Part shown: piece by piece, positions 26,057 to 38,998 of the stretch
How positions within the stretch are numbered: position 1 is the first letter of the stretch
Layout: every line of letters begins with the position of its first letter
DNA from: Octopus sinensis
Taxonomy: Eukaryota
Assembly: GCF_006345805.1 (NCBI RefSeq)
Contig: NC_043000.1
Span: forward strand, 16,678,001-16,742,000
Length of the DNA: 64,000 bases
Direction of reading: 5' to 3'
The notes under the pieces: generated by a model
Seen by the model: the letters and a program-made list of their open reading frames with translations, nothing else
Told to the model about the DNA's origin: nothing
Database searches by the model: none
Made by a program: the position numbers and the translations under genes

Positions 26057-28010
26057 CTGCAAAATCAGACAATGAAGAATTGAAGTTTTGCAGAGAAAAG
26101 GCATTGCAAAAGCAAATATAAAGGTAGATAAAATGATGGTGAACAGAAAAGAAAACAACTCTTACTGAAGATAGCAAATATAATGCTTGGATATCATGAT
26201 AGCTCAGAGAAAGAATATAAAATCTGAACTTGTTTGACCTCATTTCAACATTAAAGCAAAGGTTTAAATATTTATATTTATTAAATTAACCCCATCAGTG
26301 CTTTTTAACAGAATTCTGAAAGCTGAGACCAACTTTCAGTATAACAATTAACAGATTCTCACTAACAGGTTCAATCCTAGCTCAAATGAGCCCCCCATCA
26401 TATGTTGAAATAGAAGTTAACCTTCAAAGAAGTGGAACAACAACAACAATCCATTATACCCCAGACATTGCAGTACTCACCAATATTTTGCTATGTAATG
26501 ATTTAATTTCTGGTGATTTCTTCATCTGCAATACACAAAGCAACAGTTGCACCAACTTTACACATATCAGCAACAGTTGTTCAGTGCTGCTATTGCTGCC
26601 ATTGTGCAGAGTGAAAGGCCTTGCACACTAACATTTGCAAAGCTTGAGGGGAACACACACGTGTTTGGGAGAGCTAATGCTTATAAAGGAATGTGATGTG
26701 ATGCTACACACAAAGGTGACTGCAGTCTAATAATACTTCATTAACCCATTTAAGGTTAATAAGTAAAAGGTTAACAACAAGTGAAGAAATGTAAAAACAA
26801 TCAGAACAGTTCAGGTGACGTGGAAAGGCTAAGACTAGTTAGGGGGCAGTTATATCACTAATCTAGAGGTGAAGAGACATTTGTGATGGTTATGTTACAA
26901 GGCAGTTACATCACTAATACAGAGGTGAAGGTACAACCGTGAATGAGTTGGAACATAAATTTGTAAACTGAAGACTAAAGGAAAAAAATTCTGTGAGAAA
27001 AATGAAATCAAGTAAAATATTATGAATGATAAGACAAAAGTAATGATTAAAAGGTCACATAACATTGCACATTATGCTGTCAATATGTTACAAAGTTCCA
27101 TTTTCATAAAATGATGGAAAGATGGCCTAAAATAGCTGTGGGTTTTGCTGATCTTATGTTCTTATGGCTACTAAAAATAATATAAAATTTTCTTCCCAAA
27201 AAACTAGGTTACTCATGTGTTTCATCATCATCATCATTATTTAATGTTTTTTGTCCATGCTGGCATGGGTTGGACAGTCTGCCTGGGTTGGTACGCTGGA
27301 AAGCTGCACCAAACTCCAGTCTGATTTGACATGGTTTTCTATGGCTGGATGCCCTTCCTAATACCAACTACTTGTTTATTTTAATATCTGTTTTTCCATG
27401 TTAGCTTGGCTTGAACAAGAATGGATTTTGAGGTAAAGTTTTGCAGCTAGATGCTTTACCTGCCACCGATTTTCATCTGTTTTTCAGATAAGGAATTTTA
27501 ATATTCTACAGGTGGTCAAGAGTGCAGAGTAACCCATCATAATGTCATCAACTTCAGCATAACTTTGCTCAAACAGAATGATCAACATACACAGTTTAGT
27601 AGAATTTCTGCTTACTAAGTTGACCTGCAAGGCATTGGTCAACCTGAGACATTTGTAGAAGACCCTTGCTCAGGGTGTAGTGCAGTGGGATTCTTGAATT
27701 CCTCTGAGACATATGGTCAGAGGTATGAGCTCTCACTTGTCTCATCTATATAGCCACATGCCATCTATAAGGCCAAGGCCTTCACTATTCAAAAGAGGTT
27801 TTATTCTGAACATAGACAAGAGCATTATTAATTGTCTTAAGGATGATCTTATTGTTCTACTTATCCAAACAATATTGCAATACGAGCCAATAAAGAATGT
27901 GTGTGTGTAAGGAGCCATCAATATATCATTCATCCTGCCAGAAATAACAACCAAATTCCCTCAAATCCCAACCTACCATTTTAAAAATAGAGTACATTAG
28001 ATATCGTAGT

Positions 28011-28045
<35 letters not shown>

Positions 28046-28617
28046 GAATGAAAGACAAGATAGTCAGAGCTGGAATGGTTAGGATTACATATTGTTGCTA
28101 TTATGTTAAACTGTTGTATGTCCAAATTTGGCCAAATGTGTTTTTAAAAATTTTAATTTTTGCTTGCAATAGCCAGTTCTTTTGGTCAAAATATCATATC
28201 CCCAGCTGCTTCAGATGCCAAGATAGCAAAAATTGTCAAAGTGTAGTACATCAGTTCTGCTATGGAATGGTGAAACTATTTTTTCGTTTTCTGAAAAAGC
28301 AATGTTTTGGACTTACGACACTTTTGCATAATAGCAACAATATGTATCTGCTGGGGCTAAACAACATCTGATTTTTCAAATTCAAATTAAAAAAGGTATG
28401 ATAAAAAGAAAACTGGCTCAAAACTTGGGGTAATGTTATACAAGGTATGTAACAGTTGAGCCTTCACAATAAAGTGAACCATCAAATGAAGACAATATTT
28501 TGAGTGTGACATATTTTTAAAGACCAAATTTGAAATATATTTGTGTAAATGGGTGAAAGGCAAATAACACCCTTTTAACTTTAAAACTGTGTCAAGAGAA
28601 AGTTGAAAGCCACTCAC

Positions 28618-28718
28618 CTTGATCATGTCTTGTTCATCATAGGAGACATCTAATGAGATGCCTCGTTTCATTGAGGAGTCCCGAGATATACCCACTTCTT
28701 CCTTGAAAGTATCAAAGC
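28618..28718 (-). CDS. Ank: Ankyrin exon 10: tail (GFDTFKEEVGISRDSSMKRGISLDVSYDEQDMIK)
   Basis: Acceptor ccttttcacag|GC, donor AAG|GTGAGT; 101 nt, phase 1 to 0. The SLD-x-SYDEQD-x-MK-like motif follows the death domain in invertebrate ankyrins (recalled, not searched). Confidence 0.9.
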
Positions 28719-29619
28719 CTGTGAAAAGGAGTCAAGTAATGACAGCAACATTGGCATAATCATCATCATCATCATCAGAAACATTTCAATGACTGCAACA
28801 AAACTTATATTTTCTAAGTTCATTCAATACATAACCATGGTTACTTATCTTCCAATATTTCTTTTCACAAATCATGTAAACCAGTAACTGGGCATTTACT
28901 ACATTCAATACCAGCCCATTATCTCTATAACCCAAATGACACAATGTAACTATTCTGTTTCCAAATCAACCAACAATTACACCACATTTTCTATTTTCCA
29001 ACAATCCTGACTGTCCCACTGCTATACCTATACTACAACAGTTACAAGTGCCATACTACTATACCTGTACTACAACAGTGATAACTGTTACTGTTATATC
29101 GACACCACAATTGTCATGAATGTCACACTGTTACATGTGTAGCCTAGCTGCTCAGACAACCATACTGTATCCATACTACAAACCAATGCATGTGGCAAAG
29201 CTACCTGGTCACCAAATTTTGGCTCTTGTCTTTTGCAATTAGCTTCACAGGTATGTTCAAATGCATTATAAAATATCTACAGTTTAAAGGTTTCATCCCC
29301 AAAAGAACCATCAAAATTAATCTGAACTTTCATAATTTACTTTTTCATGGTACTGTTGTTTAGAAAACCCCTTGACTTCAGAAAAAATTATTTAGTTATT
29401 CATTAGAGATGTAACACCCATTTCTTAAGGTCTAATATAACTATCTGAACCCAAAATCTGAATCCAGTATATCTGTCACTGCCATCCACTCAATATGCTT
29501 AAAGAAAGAGGAAACAATAAGCAAAGACTTGATATTCATCATGGTTAGCATGACCTTACATGATGTAATGCTTGTATATATTGTTGGTTGTTTTTGTCAG
29601 TGAAATATGATCAATTAAT

Positions 29620-30015
29620 AGGCGCAGGAGTGGCTGTGTGGTAAGTAGCTTGTTTACCAACCACATGGTTCCGGGTTCAGTCCCACTGCGTGGCATCTTG
29701 GGCAAGTGTCTTCTGCTATAGCCTCGGGCCGACCAAAGCCTTGTGAGTGGATTTGGTAGACGGAAACTGAAAGAAGCCCGTCGTATATATGTATATATAT
29801 ATATGCGTGTGTGTGTTTGTGTGAGTGTGTTTGTCCCCCTAGCATTGCTTGACAACTGATGCTGGTGTGTTTATGTCCCCGTTACTTAGCGGTTCGGCAA
29901 AAGAGACCGATAGAATAAGTACTGGGCTTACAAACGAATAAGTCCCGGGGTTGAGTTGCTCGATTAAAGGCAGTGCTCCAGTAAAAGAGTAATTAACGAA
30001 ACAAGTAAAAGAGTA
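29620..30015 (+). mobile_element. tRNA-derived SINE family C with CORE-like centre and internal (TA)n(TG)n
   Basis: A box TGGCTGTGTGG, B-like GGTTCAGTCCC, TCTTGGGCAAGTGTCTT centre, and (GTAAAAGA)n tail. Confidence 0.88.
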
Positions 30016-30455
30016 ATTAATGTTCAAAACTTGTTTCATTTGAAATGACAGCGTTGACATTGGTTGGATGGTCTGACAATGAGTCCAAGGACTGCATTGT
30101 ACTCCAATGTCTGCTTTGGCATGGTTTTTACAGCTAGATACCTTTCCTAATACCAACCGCTTTACAGCATGGACTGGGTTGCTATTTTTTGTGTCACCTG
30201 CACACGTATAAAGTGTATAAGACCTAAACTCAAGATTTGTCCAAACAGATAGTGCTTAAGCAACATCAGCAGATTATGTAGGAACATTACATTGTTGAAA
30301 TGAAAGGAAATGGCAGATACAACCATTTTGATGGTGTACAATGTTTTTTGTATGCAGAACAACTGATGAAAAACTGAGTTGTATTAGTAGTGGAAGTAAA
30401 GGCAAGAGCAATCTTGTAGTAACCTAATAGATATAAAAATAATCCAGTTGTAGTA

Positions 30456-30596
30456 TAAGGTTGTCCCAAAAGTTTGTAGAAAGTCTTGGAAAATAATGGT
30501 CTTTATTTTGAGGAATAATTTTTGTTGTTTTTGTTAGTACTTGGCGAGTAAAAATTCAATTTTCGCAAGTGTTTATGAACTTTTGGGACAACCTAA
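30456..30596. mobile_element. Tc1/mariner-type MITE
   Basis: TA|TAAGGTTGTCCCAAAAGTT ... AACTTTTGGGACAACCTAA|TA (18 of 19 TIR bases match, TA TSD); resembles mariner TIRs of the TTAGGTTGGTGCAAAAGT type. Confidence 0.8.
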
Positions 30597-30673
30597 TATT
30601 AATGCTAGTGATGGCAGTTGGATTTATAGTACTGGTCATGGTAGCTTAGTGTGAATGAGCCAATTTAACTCAC

Positions 30674-30802
30674 CTGACTGATCCATGGCAACTCTCCCAG
30701 CTGCCATATCCACTTCATCCTCAACTGTTACAACATCGTACATGCATTTCTTCACTACATCTTCACGACTGATGCGTATCAATGCCTTTTCTAATGCATT
30801 AC
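30674..30802 (-). CDS. Ank: Ankyrin exon 9: death domain end (GNALEKALIRISREDVVKKCMYDVVTVEDEVDMAAGRVAMDQS)
   Basis: GNALE-x-AL-x-x-I-x-REDVV pattern typical of invertebrate ankyrin death domains. Acceptor ttgcag|GT, donor G|GTGAGT; 129 nt, phase 1 to 1. Confidence 0.93.
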
Positions 30803-32124
30803 CTGCAACAGAAGACACAAAACAATACAGTTAATTAAACTACTGCCTTTGTTTAGAATTCAATGTGTAAAGTAACAATATAATAACATCATAGTTTTGG
30901 GGCGGGGTTCATTGCATGATTATAACACAAGAAAAATAAAGAATCCCAGGATTCCAAGAACACATCAATACATATAAAATTCTGCAGAACTAATGAGGAA
31001 GTCTCCATATCGTCACACAACCTTCTAGAAGGAGTAGCCAAATCTCCCTCAAGTAACAATAGCCAGCTATGTTAAAAAAAAGATTTTAGGTAATGTATCT
31101 CTACACACATTACATCTAAAACAAAAAATGGTTTGGTTATGGCTGGGACATCTTTAATCATAGAATCTACTCAATGCTGATCAGAGACATTCTACATCCA
31201 CTTTCTTTTCCCCTATTCATTGCAACAATTATAATGAGCCAACAAAGGGTCTCCTCTTTTGTTAGAAATAGTAGTGAAGTCTCTCTCAACCCACTCACCA
31301 CCATCATCATCATCATCATCATCGTTCAACATCTGCTTTCCATGCTGGCATGGGTGAGATGGTTTAACAGGAGCTGGCCAAGCAGAAGCCTGTACCAGAC
31401 TTCTGTGTCTGTTTTGGCAGAGTTTTTACAGCTGGATGCCCTTCCTAACACCAACCACCCAACAGAGTGAGCCGAGTGCCATTATTAAAATATATATATA
31501 TATTGGACTGTTTTACCCTATACATACAAAAATCTGAGATGGCCACAACCAGAATGCCTATGCTTATAAGCCTATTGAGTCAAGGCTTGCCTTGGCACTT
31601 GGCAACAACCCAAACCTGTATTGGTCAGGGTTAACATTCTAATTGTTTCATCAGCATTCTAGCTATCATGGTTACTTTGCCTTCATTTACGGCACTTCTA
31701 AAATGACTTTTGTAAACTTTTCAACCTTTTTAAGATCGTAGGAGTTAGTTTCAGGAAGATAAATTTTTTTTTTATTTTACTCATTTTTCTTCTTTGCAAT
31801 TGGTAGTGAGTCATGTCACCCTTCGTGTTGATTCACTAAGTCACTACAAATTGGAGTGCTCAGCATGGTCATACACCAAGCAGAAAGTATAGACTACGTA
31901 CTCTGGATCTATAAAGATCTGGACTATTAGATCTATAGCTACGGTTTACATACAGATGTTCAACCAGCTAAAAATGTGTGCATGAACATAACTGATTGAG
32001 AGTTTCACAACTACAAACAAGTACCAACTCCCCAGAATACATTGAGGATTCTACCATGAAGCATCAGCAGAGTCCAATTTAACTATGTATGAGTCTGATA
32101 TGTGTGTGCGTCTATCAGATTGAG

Positions 32125-32378
32125 ATACTGCACCTCTCAGAAGACACCAGGCTTCAACACTGCACCTCTCATAGCTTACCACCCTATTCTCACAATATAC
32201 TCAAGCTGCAACACTGCACCTGTCACTACACACCCTGACTATTATATTGCACCTGTTACAACATACCCATGATGTCACACTGCACTCTCACAACAGGCAC
32301 TGACTGTCACACTGTACCCTTCACAACATGACAAGGCTACACACTGTACCAGTCACAATATGGCCATGCTACAACACT
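32125..32378. repeat. Degenerate minisatellite, ~32 bp unit (ACACTGCACCTCTCACAAC...)
   Basis: Recurring ACACTGYAC motif. Confidence 0.7.
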
Positions 32379-32379
32379 A

Positions 32380-32608
32380 AATACCTATTTCTTTACTACC
32401 GACAAGGGGCTACACACAGAGGGGATAAACAAGAACAGACAAACAGATTAAGTTGATTATATCGACTCCATTGTGTAACTGGTACTTTTTAATTGACCCC
32501 GAAAGGATGAAAGGCAGAGTCGACCTCGGCGGAATTTGAACTCAGAACGTAGCGGCAGACGAAATACTGCTAAGCATTTCGCCCGGCGTGCTAACGTTTC
32601 TGCCAGCT
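32380..32608 (-). mobile_element. SINE family B
   Basis: Reverse complement of family B; ends in AAAGAAATAGGTATTT. Confidence 0.88.
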
Positions 32609-32647
32609 AACGTTTATCCCAATGATAACTACTCAATTTCAGTCAAC

Positions 32648-32820
32648 CGCAGGAGTGGCTGTGTGGTAAGTAGCTTGCTAACCAACCACATGGTTCCGGG
32701 TTCAGTTCCACTGCGTGGCATCTTGGGCAAGTGTCTTCTGCTATAGCCCCGGGTCGACCAATGCCTTGTGAGTGGATTTGGTAGACGGAAACTGAAAGAA
32801 GCCTGTCATATATGTGTGTG

Positions 32821-32905
<85 letters not shown>

Positions 32906-33125
32906 TGTGTCTGTGTTTGTCCCCCTAGCATTGCTTGACAACCGATGCTGGTGTGTTTACGTCCCCGTCACTTAGCGGTTCGGCAAAAGAGACCGATAAA
33001 ATAAGTACTGGGCTTACAAAGAATAAGATTTGCTCGACTAAAGGCGGTGCTCCAGCATGGCCGCAGTCAACTGACTGAAACAAGTAAAAGAGTAAAGAGA
33101 GAGTAAAAGAAAGTAAAAGAGAGTA
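32648..33125 (+). mobile_element. SINE family C with an expanded internal (TA)(TG) microsatellite
   Basis: Aligns with the 29620 copy. Confidence 0.9.
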
Positions 33126-33311
33126 ACCGTTGCATTTACAGAAGAGATTGAAATACAGCTCATATAAGTTGTATCTGGCTCAGTATTTGCTGTTATCAAA
33201 GGTAGAAAAGGACCAGCTTAATTATCATCAAGTAGAGTCAGCCAAAGCAAATGAACAACAAGTATCACAGCAACAGTTTACAAACAATGGTAACAAAGAT
33301 TAAACCCGCAC

Positions 33312-33515
33312 CTGATGCTTTTTCGCCATTCTTCTCCACCCAGAGATGTAGCATAGCCAAAGCTTGATCATTGACTGTGTTGTAGTCTGTTTTGATCTTA
33401 TTAATCTCCGACATTGTGATGTCTAGCTGTTGGGCCAGCATCACCCAATCACCTTGCAGTGTGTCGGCAACGTCCACTATTTTCATCTGGGCTCGACTGA
33501 TGGTATCTTGGAGAA
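33312..33515 (-). CDS. Ank: Ankyrin exon 8: death domain, first part (LQDTISRAQMKIVDVADTLQGDWVMLAQQLDITMSEINKIK...QALAMLHLWVEKNGEKAS)
   Basis: Death-domain pattern DW-x-x-LA-x-x-L and QA-x-x-ML-x-x-W. Acceptor ttttccag|TT, donor G|GTGCGG; 204 nt, phase 1 to 1. Confidence 0.93.
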
Positions 33516-33855
33516 CTGGAAAAAAAAAAAGGGAAAAATAAATCATTAAGCATAAAGCATGCAGTTATCTAAGGATGTTTAGCTACATTTTAACAAACAT
33601 GTAGGTGTTTAACAACATTCTTGTGGTCACCTAAAGAGGTTTAGCTACATGTTGCTAAACACCTGCAGGTAGTAGCCATCAGTAGGTGTTTAGTCACATG
33701 ACAGCAGCCACCTATAAAGGCTTAGCTACATTCCAGCAATCTCCTGTAGTTCTTTAGTTACTTAGTAGCAGTTTGTGGGTATTCAGATACAGGCTGCCAG
33801 CCACATGCTTCTGTTTGACTGCTAAGAGTAATCTGTATGTTTAACCACATTGTAA

Positions 33856-34195
33856 TCATCATCATCGTTTAACGTCCGCTTTCCATGCTAGCATGGGTTG
33901 GATGGTTCGACTGGGGTCTGATCTGGCAGTGTTTCTATAGCTGGATGCCCTTCCTAACACCAACCACTCCGTGAGTGTAGTGGGTGCATTTTACGTGCCA
34001 GGCGAGGCTGGCAACGGCCACGATCGGTTGGTGCTTTTTATATGCCACCGGTACGGAGGCCGGTCGGAGCGGCGCTGGCAACGGCCACGTTCGGATGGTT
34101 CTTTTACATGCCACCGGCACTGGTATCACAACTACAATTTCCATTGACTTTTGAGCGATTTCGATTTCACTTGCCTCAACAGGTCTTTGCAAGCA
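33856..34195 (-). mobile_element. RTE 3'-UTR fragment
   Basis: Reverse complement of the RTE 3' end. Shorter minus-strand copies are at ~27223-27370, 30056-30200, 31302-31475, 41915-41960 and 42097-42340. Confidence 0.85.
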
Positions 34196-34544
34196 ATGTG
34201 TTTAGCTATAATCTAACAGCCTCTTAAATGCATTTAGCTACATGCTATAACTCTCATTAGAATTGAATTTAAGACGTGAAATTATCTTCACAAGGACTTT
34301 GATGCCAACCCATCTGAGACTGTTCCTGGTTCTAAGATAAAAATGACTTGTTTTAAAGTGATTAAAATTAGAACATTCCCTCAAAATTCCATGTTAATTT
34401 ATATTCCACAAACCAGTTTAATAATGATTTTCGTTATTTCGAAATCAACTGAAGTGAAAGCAGTATATTTCAGAAGAAATATAATAGCAAAAGACTTTGA
34501 AATTTTAAGAAATGAATAAATCAGTAAATTCAAAACATCCTCAC

Positions 34545-34623
34545 CTATTCCATGTTCTCTAAGAAGACTGTGCCGTTTTCGAACTTCAAGAGCTTCCTCT
34601 GAAGTGATTTCCATTGAATCGGC
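34545..34623 (-). CDS. Ank: Ankyrin exon 7: UPA-death domain linker (ADSMEITSEEALEVRKRHSLLREHGI)
   Basis: Acceptor tttttcaaattcag|GCC, donor G|GTGAGG; 79 nt, phase 0 to 1. It exactly bridges the phase-0 end of exon 6 and the phase-1 start of exon 8. Confidence 0.88.
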
Positions 34624-35499
34624 CTGAATTTGAAAAAAAAAAAAGAAGAGATTTCCACTATAAATAAGATATACCGCAGTAACAATCATAATCATAATCA
34701 TAATAATAATAATAATAATAATATGGATTCCTAACATTGGCATAAGGCCAAATATTGTAACAGGGAGAATATATTGACCAAGTACCTGATTGGTACTTTA
34801 TAATAATTGATTTCAAAAAGGATGCGAGTTAGTAGAATTGTTAGCATGCCAGAAAAAATGCTTAGCAGTATTTCTTCCGTCATTACATTCTGAGTTAAAA
34901 TTCCACCAAGGTTAATGTTATGCTTCACCCTTTTGAGGTCAATAGGGTAAGAATCAGTTGAACACAAAAGTTGATGTAATTAATTAGCCCCCCTTCTGCA
35001 ATATTTCAGGCCTTGTGAAAGAATTTGCTGACCTTGGAAAGTAGAGAAGTAAAGTTGACCTCAATAAGATTTGAAATCTGAACATAAATGTTTTCAACTA
35101 AATACAACAAAATATTTTAAGGCGGAAATCTAGCAGATTCAGCTTACTGATTCTATCAATTCACTGTGCTAATAGTCATAATAATAATAATTTCAAATTT
35201 TGGCACTGAGCCAGCAATTTTGAGGAGTGAGGGAAGTTGATTAGATCATACCAACCCCAGTACTTGACTGGTACTTATCTTATTTGCTGCTCCCACTACT
35301 CCCCGAAAAATTTAAATTTAAAAAAAACTGCGGGAACTTAGTTGCCAACCCAGTAATTTGGGCACATAACTAACAATTTGGTCAGAGAGGAGTTCGTCAA
35401 TTAATTTGATCCGAGTACTTGACTGGTAATAATAATAAACAGATTAAAATAACAAATGGAATATAAATAATGAGTGATCAGATAAATTGAGGAACAAAT

Positions 35500-35775
35500 A
35501 TATGGAAATGAGGAGAGAGAGAGAGAGAGGGAGAGAGTGTGGGAGAGAGAGAGAGAGAGAAAAAGAAAAAGCGTGGGCTGGAAAAATGAGAGGAAAAGAG
35601 AGAGGGACAAATACAAAGGGGGATAGACAAAGAGACAGAGGAGAGAGGAAGAGAAACATGCAAATAGAGGACAAATAGAAAGAGATAGGGAAAATAGTTC
35701 TCTAGAGAGGGTAAAAAAAATACTACAGAATGAGAGAGAGAGAGAGAAAGGGAGAGAGAGAAAGATAGACAAATA
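35500..35775. repeat. (GA)-rich polypurine tract, which is (TC)-rich on the ankyrin sense strand; similar tracts at 38790-38945 and 25118-25175
   Basis: Read directly. Confidence 0.85.
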
Positions 35776-35798
35776 GAAAAATTAGATTACAGTCTTAC

Positions 35799-36050
35799 CT
35801 TGGATACATCAGGTAGTACAATGTTGAGGTTACAGATGGGAGATTGAGGTGCCTCACCCCGTGCTACTTTCGGTTCTTTCATGAAAGCCACACGAGCAGC
35901 TGCCTCTTGGTCTAGATCACGAACCTTCACCGTACAGGGAAGGCGGTTTTCTCGGAATGCTCGGAAATGGACGTACAGCTGATCACCAGATTTGGTGACA
36001 GGTATTAGATTGCCAGCCATCTCCACATACTGTGGTCGTCCTTGCAGCAC
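35799..36050 (-). CDS. Ank: Ankyrin exon 6: UPA domain (VLQGRPQYVEMAGNLIPVTKSGDQL...FRENRL...PICNLNIVLPDVSK)
   Basis: GNL-x-PV-x-K-x-G-x-QL, FRENRL and ICNLNI-x-LP motifs. Acceptor ttacag|GTG, donor AAG|GTAAGA; 252 nt, phase 0 to 0. Confidence 0.97.
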
Positions 36051-37530
36051 CTGTAATGGTATCAATTATCATTATCATCATTATCAATATTGCTATAGTT
36101 AATAGCACTGCTATCCTCTTTTCCAGAAGCATTATTCACATAATAGTATATAGATTCTATATAGTGACTGTCTTTATCATTATATTGGATAATGGAAATA
36201 TTTCACACACCACCCACTTGCAAAGTCATCTTCATATTTGGCCTATATATATATATATATATATATAATATAATATATATATATATATATATATATAATG
36301 TATGTATATAAAACAGATACTAATTAATACAAATAGTAGTATAGAAGAAATAAATGAAGTTGAAAATGCATAAGATTTTATATTAACACTAATACCGGTT
36401 TCACATTTGTATGATTTTCAAAACTAATTTTTGAGACACATGGAGCTGTGTCACAAATAGTATTGTTTACTGAGTCAAAAGAGGAGTACTCACTACAACA
36501 TGGATAGAGTTTGCTTATTGTTAATTTATTTTAGTTATCTTATGGAGCTATAACTCCATAAACATTTCATATTATCTAGTGTTGACTGAGGATTACCACT
36601 GATATATATATATATAGCACTATATATTGATGGTATAAAGTAATTGGTATCAAATTCACAAGATAACTGTATAAATAAACCACATACACACACACACAAG
36701 AATGATGTAAGGTTCTATCCTGTAGAGCCTGATATTTGGTATGCTCACTTAGTTACTCTTTGTCTAAGATGATAGGTTGTCATGGTAACTAACCTCACTG
36801 GTACTCTAGAATGATAAGAAGTTCTGATAACTAGCTTCTATTTATGTAGACAACCTCCTGTACAGATAAAGATAATCTTTGATATCCACCCATAAAGAGC
36901 TGCCATAAAAACTCAAAGACTCTGTGAATGTAGCACCTCTTAGGATGGCAGTAACTCCAAGTAAGGATTTGTGTTGATCAGATGACATGGATAATAGTGG
37001 GTGGTGAGATGATTTGAGACTTATCCAACCAACCAGTACAGAAAAACGAGCATAAAATTGTAATGATACCATCATCATTATCATTGTTTTAATGTCCACT
37101 TTTCCATGCTTGTATGAGTCAGACAAAATTTATAGAGTCTGATTTTCTATGACTGGATGCTTTTCACTCTTCTTATTTCTAACCCTCACCTGTTTCCAAG
37201 TCAAGTAACATTTCTCCATGACCAGACATGTTTTCATTGAAGACTGGAAATGAAGGACACTGCTTGCATGGCACTAACACATAAGAACACACACACACGT
37301 ACAAGAACACACGCAAGCACACCCAAACAAACACATATACACAACAAGGCAATGGGCTTCTTTCAGTCCCATCTACTGTATCCACTCACAATGGTTTGGT
37401 TGACCCAGGGTTATAGTAGAAGACACTTGCTCAAGGTGCCAAAATTAACTGAAAAAAAGGCAGTGTATTTCAATATAAAAATAGGGATCAACAAAGGCAG
37501 ATACAAACACAGACGGGAAAGACAACTTAC

Positions 37531-37759
37531 TTCAACATCTCGGCTCCGAGCGACTTCAGTGAACTTTTCTTGCTTTTCTAGAGTTTTGTCAATCTTGTCA
37601 TCAGTCATACAAAACATTCGCAGTTTCCCTTCTTCAGGAGCATGCCGCTTGGCGAATATGACAAATTTCGCCATGAAAGGTACAACCACTGCTTCTTGGT
37701 AGAGTTCGGTGGCCATTCGACTTGCTTCATTCACATTTTGACAATCCATCAACCAGAAC
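37531..37759 (-). CDS. Ank: Ankyrin exon 5: ZU5-B end and UPA start (FWLMDCQ...[13 protein letters not shown]...[28 protein letters not shown])
   Basis: Canonical FCMTDDK[21 protein letters not shown]. Acceptor tttcag|G, donor GAA|GTAAGT; 229 nt, phase 2 to 0. Confidence 0.98.
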
Positions 37760-37956
37760 CTGAAATGTCAAACAAGGATAGACTGAGTTTTAGCCAGAGG
37801 AGCAGTTGCTGGTGTTGTTGGTATTGGGGGTTGCAAAATTGAGGGGTGAGGCAGATAAATCTGGTTGTGGAGATAAGGGGGTTATGAGTATGAATAACTG
37901 TCATTGTAATGCATCCTGTATGTTAGTCTTGGGGTATGTTAGAGTATATTTGTATG

Positions 37957-38184
37957 GGTGGCCAGCTGGCAGAAACGTTAGCACGCCGGGCGAAATGCGT
38001 AGCTGCATTTTGTCTACCAGTATGTTCTGGGTTCAAATTCCGCTGAGGTTGACTTTGCCTTTCATCCTTCGGAGTTGATAAATTAAGTACCAGTTACGCA
38101 CTGGGGTCGATGTAATCGACTTAATCCATTTGTCTGTCCTTGTTTGTCCCCTCTATGTTTAGCCCCTTGTGGGTAGTAAAGAAA
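37957..38184 (+). mobile_element. SINE family B
   Basis: Full copy; TSD TATATTTGTATG. Confidence 0.9.
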
Positions 38185-38385
38185 TATATTTGTATGTGTG
38201 TTTATGTATCTGTGAATGTATTTGTCAGGTGTGTATACATTTATATGTAGATAATTTCAAGGCTCATAATGATGAACAAAGCAAGAACAACTGCTACTAC
38301 CGCAATCATGTTTGTCCCTTAGAGAGAGAGAGAGAAACAGAGTGACAGATAAATGTGGATCAGAGAGAGTCAAGAGGGACACCCA

Positions 38386-38788
38386 TAAAATTATTAACCA
38401 TCTTACAAACAATAACTCTGAGCACCTTTTTAAACTCCACCTGTCTAACACCCGTGGGCATATTTACAAAGTCAGAAAACAGCACAGCTCCCATGACTTT
38501 AGGAAACATTTTTACACGCTGAGAGTTGCTGAGGCATGGAACAAACTGCCGGCATCAGTTGTTAGTTGTCGGAGCACTGCATCCTTCAAAACTTCCATGC
38601 TTCCTGAGATTCGCCAACACTACACCTGGTTTTCTCCCCTCCATACACACACAAGCATGTATCTGACTCATACATTGCTCGCTTTCCAGACATTTCTACA
38701 TTACTGCATGTACTTTATATGCACTCTCTGACAAGTTGTGGTGCACCTGAGCACTGTATACAATAATTTCATTATTATTATTATTATT
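38386..38788 (+). mobile_element. Second CR1/L2-group LINE family, 3' fragment with (ATT)n tail
   Basis: TRGH-x-YK-x-x-K...F-x-x-RV-x-x-x-WN-x-LP-x-x-VV...SFK motif; the 3' UTR recurs at 62414-62516. Confidence 0.82.
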
Positions 38789-38998
38789 AAATAGAGAATG
38801 GGACAGACAAACAGATAGAGGAGAAAGGGAGAGAAAAACATGTAGACAGAGAGAGAGACAAATAGAGAGAGAAAGGGAAAGTAGAGAAAGAGAGGGTAAA
38901 CGAAAATAGAGAAGGAGAAAGGCCGAGACAAACAGATATACAGGAAAGCTAGATTATGTTTTACCCCTGGGTACATCAGATAGTACAATGTGACAACA

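Noticed and set aside
37250-37702. 150-aa plus-strand ORF (and the plus-strand ORFs at 17299, 23099 and 55024)
   Set aside because: These are antisense shadows of ankyrin exons plus repeat sequence, with no independent coding signal.
38312-38731. 139-aa ORF as a host gene
   Set aside because: It is the C-terminal ORF2 remnant of a CR1/L2 LINE.
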